From contig OX597820.1 in the NCBI GenBank assembly GCA_951406725.2, forward strand, positions 25,482,001 to 25,546,000: 64,000 nt of DNA, read 5' to 3'. The position numbers and the translations under genes were made by a program. The DNA comes from Octopus vulgaris (lineage: Eukaryota). Under the pieces are notes generated by a model. It was not told where the DNA came from. It searched no databases and saw nothing but the letters and a program-made list of their open reading frames with translations. This document shows positions 38,210 through 50,177 of the stretch, one piece after another (the stretch's first letter is position 1; every line of letters begins with the position of its first letter).

Positions 38210-39879
38210 GGTGCCTGCAATAAAGTGGACTTCACTAAAGGAACCCAAGGTCCAGAAAGTAGTGTTAAAACAGGTGATGGATTTAGTTTGTCATCCAAAC
38301 AGACTGTGGCAAGATTTGAACTCAGAAGAAACACTACAAAGCACTCTCAGCAATGGTCTGGTAATTTTGCCAATCCATCATTTTAGACTGAAACTTTTAT
38401 TTTTATCACCTGGAAAGATGAAAGTGGAGGCATACAGCCTAGTGGTTAGGATGTTGCACTCACAATTGGTTCCTAGACCGGGTGGTGTGTTGTGTTATTG
38501 GAGCAAAACACTTCATTTTACATTGCTCTAATCTACTCAGCTGTAAATGAGTAATGTAACCCTGTGACGGACAGTTCAGAGGAGGTGTTGTGATTTTAGG
38601 CACTTATATGATTGGTTGGTATTAGGAAGAGCATCCAGCCGTAAAAGCCCTGCCAATGCAGATGTATATATGATGATGATGATGATATAAATTTATATTC
38701 ATTTAATCTTTTACTTGTTTCAGTCATTTGACTGTGGCCATGCTGGAACACCACCTTAAAGGAGATTTTTTAGTCAAAGAAATCAACCTTAGGACTTCTA
38801 TAGTTCTCTTTTGCCAAACTACTAATTTACAGGGACATAAACACACCAACATCAGTTGTCAAGCGACTTAAAGATACATACATAAATATATGCATGTGCA
38901 TATGTGTGTGTGTGAAGGTGCATGGTTTACTGGTTAGGGTATTCGACTCACGATTGTCCCAGCGACACGTTGTGCCCTTGAGCAAGACACTTTATTTCAC
39001 GCTGCTCCAGTCCACTCAGCTGGCAAAAATGAGTTCTACCTGTATTTCAAAGGGCCGGCCTTGTCACACCTTGTGTCATGCTGAATCCCCCTGAGAACTA
39101 CATTAGGGGTACATGTGTCTGTGGATTGCTCAGCCACTTGCACGTTAATTTCACAGGAAAGCTGTTCCGTTGACAGTATCCATTGGGACCCTCGTCGTCA
39201 TAACTGATGGAGTGCTCCTTTATATATACGATGGGCTTTTTTCAGTTTCTGCCTACCAAATCCACTCACAAGGCTTTGGTTGGCCTGAGCCTATAGTAGA
39301 AGACACCTGCCCATGGTGCCATGCAGTGAGATTGAACCCAGAACCATGTGGCTGGGATGCAAGCTTCTTACCACACAGCCACTCTATAGATGCATTATGT
39401 AGATAGTTTGGGTAAATCTCAAATGTTTCCTCTTGAAGTGCATCTTCTAATTCCATTATTACAATCCAATATTTAGTCTCAGTTGCTGCTGTATGTTAGT
39501 TCAAAATACATATTAAAATTGAGAACTATGAAAATGTTACTTGCAGAGTTATTGTATCATAAACAGGAAGTTAGAAAATTTATTGGTGTTATATATTCAC
39601 TAATAGGAATTACAGTTTTACATCTAAGATAGACATGTAAAGAATTTCTATCAGGAATTCTCCAGACAGAAAAAATTAAATAATACAAATTTTATATTTG
39701 GATGAAATGTTTATGCGTGTGTGTGAGGGCGAATGGCCTAGTGGTTAGAGCATTGCATTCACGATCTTGCAATTGGGATTTGAATTCCTAGATCTGGTGG
39801 TGCATGGCGTTCTTGTGGAAAACAAATCATCTGTGCCAGTCATTTGACAAAAGTTGAATGCTCATACATCAACTTTGAC

Positions 39880-40374
39880 AGGAGAGAAGACCTGCTGAGG
39901 CAAGTGAAATGGAAATCAAATTCGATGACTGGCATCCGTGCTAGTGGAGCACTAAGAGCACCATCCGAGCGTGATCATTGCCAGAGCAGCTGACTGGTTA
40001 CCATGCCGGTGGCATGTAAAAAGCACCATTCGAGTGTGATCATTACCAGCATCACCTTACTGGCACTTGTGCCAGTGGCGTGTGAAGAAACATTCGAGCG
40101 AAGTTGTTACCAGTTCCACTGAACTGGCTCCTGTGCAGGTGGCACGTAAAAAATACCATTTGAGCATGGCCATTGCCAGTACCACCTGACTGGCATGTAA
40201 AAGCACCCACAACACTCTTGGAGTGGTTGATGTTAGGAAGGGCATCCAGCTGTAGAAACTCTGCCAGATCAGATTGGAGCCTGGTGCAGCCATATGGTTT
40301 GCCAGGTCTCAGTCAAATCGTCCAACCCATGCTAGCATGGAAAGCGGACATTAAACGATGATGATGATGATGAT
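39880..40374 (+). mobile_element. RTE-type 3'-tail repeat, family D, with internal tandem units (others at 35620..35957, 45097..45327, 49385..49682, 18150..18420-)
   Basis: Repeated GCC(A/G)GTGGCA(C/T)GTAAAAAGCACC units, then GGTTG..GTTAGGAAGGGCATCCAGCTGTAGAAAC...CCAACCCATGCTAGCATGGAAAGCGGAC and a (GAT)n tail. Confidence 0.8.
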
Positions 40375-40717
40375 ACATTTCTATGTACCAAATTCACAGA
40401 CAAATCTCTAATCCACTGCATGGTAGCTGGACTGATCCCTAAAATCATGAGGTTGGCAAGTAAACCCCTAAGCCATACTGCCATGCTTGCATCTAATATA
40501 TAAGGAAATAATTATACATGGTACAAACTGACTAGAATGGTTAACAATTAGTCAATACTAAGATATTAATAAATAAAAGTTAATGTTGAATGAATTTTAA
40601 GAGTACTTGTCATAGTTTTAGCTTTTGAATCCTCTGAATTAGTGTTTCTAATGATATATACATATATATATCCATAGCTCTTACTTAGTGTTACCCGACA
40701 TCTTTTAGGTCTTCTCG

Positions 40718-40779
<62 letters not shown>

Positions 40780-41685
40780 TAATTTTTATCACCATCATTC
40801 TTCAACATCCATATTTCCATACTTGTATGGGGCAGATGGAATTTACTGAAACAGATTTTTCTATGGCCAGATACCATTCCTGTCGCCAGTCCTCACCTAT
40901 TTCCAAGCAAGGTAATAGAACCCCATAGCCAGAAATATTTCCATGTGAACTTAGAAACTATTGACATCATTTGTATGATGGTGATGTTTATTTACAACTG
41001 TCGCATCATATCCAAACAAGGAGCTACAAACACACATATACACACACACATATATTGTTTTTAAGATTTTTTTATATAATAATTTTTAATTTAAAAAATT
41101 CTCTTCAAATGTTTATACACACATACATATATGGTGAGCTTCTTTTAGTTTCCATCTAACAAATTCATTCACATGGCTTTGGTCAACCCAGAGTTATAGT
41201 AGAAGACACCCAGTTTCATGCTGTGAAACTGAACCCAAAATACACGATTGGGAAGCAAACTTCTGAACCACACAGTCATGGTGGTATCTAATATAAACAG
41301 AAACAATTGTGTGATGTAGCTAAAATAGCTAAAAGGTACTCAAATGCTAAGATATGAGTAAACAGAAGTTAATACTACATAAATTCAAACTGTGTGTATA
41401 TATATATATACATACTTATAAATGATGATAAATAGATAATGACACTTCAGTGCATGCTATGTTTCAATAGCATGGCAATTTATTTGCAGTTAGTATATTA
41501 TATCATCATTCTTATCAAACTTTTGGAAGATAAAAATTGGCATACATACACATTCTCTGCCCCACCCTACCCCCTTATCTTGTACCATGAAAAGAGTTCC
41601 ATTCCTAGCTCTTTGCCTCAATCTCTACTAAAAGCTGTTCCTGAAAAATTGCGATAAAGAACGTCTTAACCGGCTGGTAGTTACA

Positions 41686-42024
41686 GGATGCGGCATTTTA
41701 ATCTAAAACACTTTGGTCTAAACCACTTTAGTCTAAGACACTTTGGTCTAAAAGCATTTTCATCTAAGGATACTTTTGTCTAAAGACAAAAAGGATTATT
41801 AGAGTATAGTTATTTAGATCTTTTACATTTTTTTTTTTGAAATTCTATAGACAAAATAGTTATTAGACCAAAGTGAGTTTAGACAAAAAAGTCTTTATAC
41901 TACAGGGCATTTAGACAAAAATGTCTTTAGACTATAGTGTATTTATACAAAAGTCACTTTAGACCAAAGTTCTTTAGACCATAGCACATTAGACTTAAGT
42001 GTTTTAGACGAAAATCCTAGATCT
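41686..42024. mobile_element. Foldback/Mutator-like element with tandem 15-16-bp subrepeats in inverted arms
   Basis: Left arm (CACTTTGGTCTAAA)n, right arm (TTTAGACCAAAGTG)n, and a perfect 9-bp TSD GTAGTTACA (41677..41685, 42025..42033). Confidence 0.85.
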
Positions 42025-42769
42025 GTAGTTACATACCATACCCTACCTACATCCGGGTGGGATATAACACTACAATGGTGCTGCAAGCACAGCAAGTCTA
42101 GGAATCTTGACTACCCAAACAAATACACGCATCCTACTGTAATCCATCACTGTGAGATTTCACATTAGTGTTATACAAAACATGAGAGGCAACAATCATA
42201 ATGAAGGTGACCTGATTAGGATGTTGAACTTCTGGGTAACTGTCTATGAGAGCAATAACTCTAGATAGAATTTTGCATGGTGGAAGAATGTGTTGTGCTA
42301 AACTTCAATGAAAGCAACTGATCTAGGATAGCAGATGAATTGTGCAAAGCCTCAGTAAAGGCAATCTGTCAAGGAGAGTAGGAGTAGCAGCTCCAACTGA
42401 AAAGTAATACAATATTGAAGGGACAGTTCAGTCCAGTCAGATAGTTTCAATAGAATATGTGGCATGATAAAATGCACTCAGTCCATGCTGAAAATAGTCT
42501 GTGATAGAAAGAGCATGCAGCTTAAAAAAAAAATTAAAAGCACCAAAAGTATGACAGTCACATCAATGAAAAACCTTAATTACAAATACGAGGGTAACAT
42601 TTACTATGTTGATATTGCACACAGTGGTGGGTTGGCCAGGTGTAAGAACACCTCAGTTCTTATCAAATGATTGCACAAGCTCTCTTCTTTCAGCTGCAGA
42701 AAATAGGCATCAAACAGCCCAAGCACTTCCAGAAACTGTCTTCTCTCTATCAGATAAAATACATCAAGG

Positions 42770-44240
42770 CTGCCGCCATCAACATTGGCTTGACAAAAGG
42801 TTGGTCTAGAGAGATTTTAGAGGTGCTTGAGCAGAGACGAATGGGTGTATGTCTACAAGCAGGGGTTCTCAATCATTTTTTTTCTGTGGACCCCTTTGAT
42901 TACTATTTTATTCTGGTAGACCCCCAATAGCCATTTGATGTTTAAAAATTAGTTTTATAGAAACTTCTTTTCAAATTCCTATTTTGTTTTTCACACATTC
43001 ACCTTTGTAGGTTGAACTATGTAAAATAACAGAGAAAGAAACCTTGCTGTTTCTTGTAATATATACCAATACATACATCTAAAGCAAAGCTTTTTCAGGG
43101 GTCCTTAAAATACTCAAAATAAAATTGTGGGTGCCCAATTAACTATGTAGAATATTAGAGAAAGAAACCTAGCTGTTTCTTGCAATACATACCAATACAT
43201 TTTTCAGAGGCCTTTAAAATACTATTGTGGATCCCCAGTTTACTATTTTGTTGCATGGACCCCAAAAATTTTATATGGACCCCAGTTGAGAACCTCAAGG
43301 CTAGAGAGCTAAAATGGAGAAGAACCTCATCCTGATTTCTTACAAACTAAGAACACAATACAGATTCTTCTGAGAATGCAATTGGCATTTTATCGTCATA
43401 GAAATTGATAGATATAATTATTGAAGATGTCAGAGCATGTGACAGAATAATTAAGTTTACACTAATAGATAACATGGCAACACTATCTCTATATATGAAC
43501 CACAATCAGGCTTCATAAATAAGTCAAAGGACCTTTTCTATGAGGCCCTCTTGTAGACTAGCTTAATGATAAACAATAGCAACCTTGTAAACATGAGTGG
43601 CAACACAGCAAATATATTGGGAAACATTGATGGAGACTATGGTTATGGTACACAGAATGAAGTTAAATCAAGTCCCTTGGAGTTCTGAGTTCTGTAATAC
43701 AAATGACTTCACCACATGCAGCACTAACCTCAAGAAACTTGCCATCCTCCAGATCACCTACCATTCAGACAAACATGCAAGACAGACAGAGTCATATTCA
43801 CTAGGAGTATGAAGAGACAGATGGTTACGAACATGAAATCCTTTGCTGGTGAAATGATACATAGTGCCATGATTAGTGACATGAAAGTCAAAACTAGATA
43901 AACCTAGAAACACAAGACACTCTGGAGAAGGAAAGTAATAGAAGCTGAAAGATCTTTTGGTCAGAAGTAGATTCGAAGAAGTATTAGGTGATGCGTATGT
44001 TGAGAAGGAACAGAAGATAGGAATGCATAACAGAGACGCCAAGAAGATTCTGAGACAACTACTGTAAGCCAGAGACCAGATCTGTCAACAAAGCAAAGTT
44101 CCAACAAGGTGGAAGATGACATGTCGGTGGAATGGTAAATAGAACCATAAAAGGTAAGAGACAGGCACGAAAATAATGGAAGAAAATTGAGAACAAGGTG
44201 AAGATGTTGACATTTCCAAAAGAAACTACAGTCCTTGCAC
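42770..44240 (+). mobile_element. Decayed RTE LINE (APE endonuclease region) split by a hAT MITE
   Basis: AINIGLTKGWSREILEVLEQRRMGVC precedes the MITE; ELKWRR... and VR.CDRIIKF follow it. This fits the RTE APE start NVG...GRS.E..E.LERR..D.C..QE.RW. Confidence 0.7.
42860..43298. mobile_element. hAT (Charlie-like) MITE with an internal duplication
   Basis: Ends CAGGGGTTCTCAAT ... GTTGAGAACCTCAA. An internal segment of about 120 bp starting AGAGAAAGAAACCT is duplicated. Confidence 0.75.
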
Positions 44241-45639
44241 AAAAAGAACCAAGTAATTCAATTATATCCTACATTAATTAACTCTTTCACTCACCTCTCA
44301 CATTCTTGTGAACTTACCTACCCACCCATCCCAATATTCTGTCATTATCCAATCTTTTACTCACCTACTTGTACTTTGAGAGTACACCTTGATACCTCAT
44401 CACAAACATCTTTATGTCTCTTTCCAACTACTCCTTTCCACCTTTATATAATGATGAGTAGCCTTGTGTCCCTTCTACAGCAAGACACTTGTTCCTGTTA
44501 CTCTATTATACTTTAACCTCTTAATACCAAGCATATAGCCATCTCACTCTCTTCTATTCCCCCATTCAGTGGGTTACATAGCAACCTTACTAGTGCCACA
44601 GAAAAAGCATCCACTACACTTTGTAAAGTGATTGGTGTTAGAAAAGGTATCCAGTTATAGAAACCATACCAAAGCAGACATTTGAGCATGATACAGACCT
44701 GTGACCCATCACGTCCTGTTGAACCAACCATTGTCAGTATAGAAAATAGTACTTCAAATGATGATGATGACGACGACGACGATCTCCTTCACATCCTTGT
44801 ACTTACCTAAAATTACTTTTTTTTTTAATGAAGCACAAAAATAATTAATCTATAATAGCTTTCTCATTAGAATTCCAGATAACTATGGCACAAGCTTGGC
44901 TGTATGGTTTAGGAGCGAGATTCCCAACTACATGATTTGGGGTTCAATCCCATTGTATGACACTTTGAGCAAGATCTTCTGCTTCAGCCTATCCTATGTG
45001 TGTGTTGGGTGTATTAAAATAATTAAATGTCTAGGTGAATTTTTTTTTCAGAGAAGGCAGTGATTTTACTCTTTATTTGTATATATTTACTGTTTTTGCT
45101 GGTGGCATGTAAAAAGCACCATCCGATCGTGGCCATTTGCCAGCCTCGTCTGGCACGTAAAAGCACCCACAACACTCACGGAGTGGTTGGCGTTAGGAAG
45201 GGCATCAAGCTGTAGAAACATTGCCAGATCAAATTGGGCCTGGTGCAGCCTTCTGGCTTCCCAGACCCCAGTTGAACCGTCCAACCCATGCTAGCATGGA
45301 AAGCGGACGCTAAACGATGATGATGATATATTTAGATAGTATGTTGTCTATACTACAATAACCAATAATATGTTGTGCATGTATAGTAATATTACGATCA
45401 TGAAATTAGCATTAGCATATCTCACTCTTTCTCGCGGAACCTCTAGGAACCTTTTGCAGAACCCTAAGGTTCCAGGGAACTCTGTTTGAGAAACGCTACT
45501 CTAACCACTAAGCCAAGCACCTCCACTTAAAATAGGTTTCACTGAGGCATAATTTACAAACTGAAGTTACTTGTACATCTCCTCTACAAAAACTGGCCTC
45601 ATGTCTATATAAATAAAAACAGTAAATGCTTTTTATGTG

Positions 45640-46530
45640 CCGCCGTCATGGGTGTCATTGCACAGCACCAACACAGGTGTGCTTTTTATGTGGCACCGGC
45701 ACCTGAAAGGACCCGCCTGTATGTGTGGAAGACAGTGATTTTACTTAGCTTGACATGTCTTTTCAAATACAGCAAATCACCACATCCCTTAATCTCTTGT
45801 CATTTCCTCAATGAGGCCCAGCATCCAAAGACCCTTTCTCACCACTTCCTTCCACATTATCCTGAGTCTACCCCTTCCACTGGTTCCCACCACAATTAGA
45901 GCTCAGTACTTCTTTACACAGCTGTCCTTATCCATACATATCACATGACCAAACCAGTGCAGTCTTCTCTCTTGCACACAGAATCTGATGCATCGAATTC
46001 CCAGTTTTCCTCTTAAATCGTTTATGTTCTGTCATGCTTGCACACTGACATTACCACCAGCAGAGCATGCTAACTTCATTTCTTTCAAGCTTTCGCAAAT
46101 CCTCTGTAATCAAAGCCTATGTTTCACACATACACAGGCATCATACAGTCTGCCTTTCACTCTGAGGGAGAGGCCAAAGGTACAAGCTCTTTGAACTTTG
46201 CCCAGCCTGCTCTTATTCTATCAACTACACTTTCAGAACGTCCTCCTCTACTGATAACTTGGTATCTACTGGGGAGTTTATTGCCTGTACATTTTTAGTG
46301 CTTATTATACCTGCATACCTGTCACACACAAAGACTATATTCTCTGTTAACCTTCCTGTGATACTTTTGTGTCCAAAGCTTGCACTGGATACCACATATG
46401 GAGTTTTTCTCCCAACACCCTTCTTACTTATCAAGCAGGGCCATTTCCCTGAAGGGACTTGTGGTTTGTCTGTTTTCCTCCTTACTAGGACTTTGGTTTA
46501 GCAAAAACCAATTACCCTTAGATTCTAGGC
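45640..46530 (-). mobile_element. Decayed RTE LINE 3' half (Cys-rich insert, thumb, C-terminus)
   Basis: The minus strand gives KVLV...SGKWPCLISKKGVGR...ITGRL...FVCDR; LSLRVKGRLYDACV; LRKLERNEVSML; VQERRLHWFGHVICMD...GRGRLRIMW. Confidence 0.8.
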
Positions 46531-48028
46531 CTTACTTCTACACCTGAATACACACACACACACACACACACACTTCAATGCATTACTAGACACAATACTA
46601 TCATAAATACTGTTAACCTATCTATATTTATGTGTAATGAAAAATTAAGCCCATCTTTTTATTCTTTTACTTGTTTCAGTCATTTGACTGCAGCTATGCT
46701 GGAGCACCGTCTTTTAGTCGAATTAAATTGACCCCAAGACTTATTTTTTGTAAGCCTAGTACTTTATTCTATCAGTCTCTTTTGCCAAACTGCTAAGTTA
46801 CGGGGACCTAAACACACCAGCACCGGTGGTCAAGCATTGTTTTTTTTTTGGGGGGGGGGACACAGATATACACACACACACATACATTTATATAAACATA
46901 TATACGAAGGCTTCTTTCAGTTTCCATCTACCAAATCCACTCACAAGGCATTGGTCAGCTTGAGGCTATAGTAAAAGACACTTGCCCAAGGTGCCACGCA
47001 GTGGGACTGAACCCGGAATCATATGGCTGGTAAGCAAGTTACTTACCACACAGCCGTCACCATTTTGATGCAAACTGAATAAAGGAAGTGTATTGTTTGT
47101 TTATATATAACATGAAGTAAAGCAAGCTGATAAGTAGATATTTAATAGCCATGTAATTTAATGTTACTTATATTGAAGAGAAAAATACTAAAAATATATT
47201 TACTATTGTTAAAGCAATGAAGTATTAATTCTTAATTAATTTTCAACCGTTGCAATGCATGCAGCAGTTGGATATGTAAAATCTAAAGCAGTAGGAATGA
47301 ACCTGAAACCACATGGTTGCAAGTGAACTTTCTAACTACACAGCCATATATATACATATTCTCATCTTCTGACCTTAATCCCTTTCCTCATTGCTTTACA
47401 GATTTGGCTCCCTGCTTCTTACTTTGCCTGCATCCTTATTATTAATCGTCTCCTAGTTGTCTACTATTCACCTGACCTTTACTCCAACCCCAAATTTTTC
47501 AAAATTTGACTGCTGCCTAATTTAACCTTCCTTTTTGCTATTCCTCAATATTTGATTTTCCTCCTCCTTTAGTTTTCATTAATTTCTCTTCCCTCTATCT
47601 CTATCTCTCTGTCTCTCTCTCTCTATGTCTCTGTCTCTCTCTTTCTTTCTCTATCTCTATCTATCTATCTATCTATTTAGACCCCACGTGGTCTTTCAAC
47701 CAGTTAGAAATAGTATATATTTACTCTTTTACTTGTTTCAGTCATTTGACTGTGGCCATGCTGGAGCACCACCTTTAGTCGAGCAAATTGACCCTAGAAC
47801 TTATTCTTTGTAAGCCTAGTACTTATTCTATCAGTCTCTTTTGCCAAACTGCTAAGTTACAGTGACGTAAACACACCAGCATCGGTTGTCAAGCGATGTT
47901 CGCGGGGACAAACACAAACACACAAACATATACACACACATATATATATATACATATATACAATGGGCTTCTTTCAGTTTCCGCCTACCAAATCCATTCA
48001 CAAGGCTTTGGACGACCCAAGGTGCCAC

Positions 48029-48642
48029 GCAGTGTATGCTGGGTGCTTTTAGTATGACACCCGTATGATTAAAAGATGTGCCCATATATGATGGGCTTCT
48101 CTCAGCAAATCCACTCACATTGCCTATTTAACTATATTTAACTATATTATATATTTTGATATATATTTGCGTGTGTGTGTGTAGAACTGAACCCGGAACC
48201 ATGTGGTTGGTAAACATGCTACTTACCACACAGTCATTCCTACATTGGAAAATCTAGTTTGCAGTACACTATTTCTTTGAACTTTTATGTTATCTTATAT
48301 TTGTTTCAATCATTGGACTGTGGCCATGCGGGGACACTACCTTGAAGGATGTAATCAAACATCTCAACCCCACTTCTTATGTTCCTTTTCTTTTAAACTT
48401 GCTACTTAATTTATCAGCCTCTTTTGCCAAACCACTAAGTTATGAGGATGTAAATAAATATACACTGGTTATCAAGCATTGGGCAGAAGGAGGGAAAACA
48501 CAAAGACACACACACACGCAAATATATATCCAAATATAGTTAAATAGGCAATGTGAGTGGATTTGCTGAAAGAAGCCCATCATATATGGGCACATCTTTT
48601 AATCATACGGGTGTCATACTAAAAGTACCCAGCACACACTGC
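48029..48642. repeat. Inverted duplication: 48029..48182 is the reverse complement of 48506..48642
   Basis: About 135 bp are shared, with few substitutions and a short AACTATATT slippage expansion. The left copy interrupts a family B SINE. Confidence 0.9.
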
Positions 48643-48793
48643 AAAGTACTTGGCATTAGGAAGGGTATCCAGCCATAGAAACCAGGCTAAATCAGACTGG
48701 AACCTGGTGCAGCTCTCATCAAACTGTCCAACCCATGCCAGCATGGAAAATGGAGGTTAAAGAATGATGATGATGAACATTTAAGTAAAAACA

Positions 48794-49198
48794 TTGTGGT
48801 ATGCTATGCAATGCTCATCCACAGTTATTGGCAAAATCACCTCCCTCCGACAATCCATCCTAACGAGACGTCTGCGTTGGCTGGGTCATGCCCTCCGTCA
48901 TCAACCAGGAGAATTCATCTATGAAGCAATTGCCCCAGCTCCCCTTCAGGGTTGGCGAAAGCGATGTGGTGGACAACGAAAAACCTGGCTGATGACAGTC
49001 AAGGCTGATCTGGAACCCAACTTAGTCCCCCATGTCTATGGCGTTCGCCACTGGAATAAGAAGTGGTTGGAGATGACGCGGTCATTAGCCTCAAATCGCC
49101 AGGCCTGGTCGGTGTTTGTGAGAGATGCAGCATTGAGGATGAATGAAGCCAGCTCAACCCACCCCAGGTGAATACTATCTCAAGACAAGAAGAAAGAC
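48794..49198 (+). mobile_element. 5'-truncated RTE-group LINE C-terminus and tail
   Basis: RRLRWLGHALR...GWRKRCGGQRKTW...VKADL...LASNRQAW, then a stop codon and a CAAGACAAGA-type tail. Confidence 0.85.
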
Positions 49199-50137
49199 AG
49201 TTACTGGCTGCCTGATATCATCATACTGATGCACCTGAGGAGATGCATTTTACACCTTGGATGCATGATAATGATTACACAACATCTCATCAATGTATTA
49301 CAGGTGTAAAAATGTGTTGAAACAATTGTAGTGATTTTAAATTTAAAAAATGTCTATCTATCCAAATATATAAACATATATGATGGGCAGTGAGGTCATT
49401 GCCAGTGCCGCTGGACTGGCTCCTGTGCAGGTGGCACATAAAAAATACCATTTGAGCGTGGCCGTTGCCAGTACTGCCTGACTGGCCCCCATGCCGGTGG
49501 CACATAAAAGCACCCACTACATTCTCGGAATGGTTGGCATTAGTCAGGGCATCCTGCTGTAGAAACTCTGCCAGATCAGATTGGAGCCTGGTGCAGCCAT
49601 CTGGTTCACCAGTCCTCTGTCAAATTGTCCAACCCATGCTAGCATGGAAAGTGGACGTTAAATGATGATGGTGATGATGATGAAAATCCACTCACAAGGC
49701 TTTCTTCGGTCTGAGGCTACTGTGGAAAACACTGACCCAAGGTACCACACTGTGGGACTCAACCTGGAACTAAGTAGTTGAGAAGCAGATTTCTTATCAC
49801 ACAGTAATGCCTGTATAAAATTTTTAAAAAAACATGAAATGGAATGATGGAAATACCTATAATGGTAGGTCTGTTCATTTAGGGTCAATTTGGGGTTAAC
49901 CGACAACAACGCTGTCCAGTGAAGAATTTGGTATAAAATGTTATTCTTTTCCTCTTCCGTACTATAAATCAATTTATTCTACTTTTTAACTAATGTATAG
50001 TTTTACATTACATAGTTGCAAATGTGAGTGTGTTTATGCATCTATGAATGTGCGTGTTTATACCTGCATTCATGTGAGTGTGCGTGTGACCCTGTGTATG
50101 ATATCTGTCTGTCTGGATGCATTTAAGTTAAACAACC

Positions 50138-50177
<40 letters not shown>

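Noticed and set aside
41700-42010. Regularly spaced short repeats suggestive of a CRISPR array
   Set aside because: There are no unique spacers, the units are 15-16 bp, the arrays are inverted and bounded by a 9-bp TSD, and the context is eukaryotic. It is a foldback transposon.
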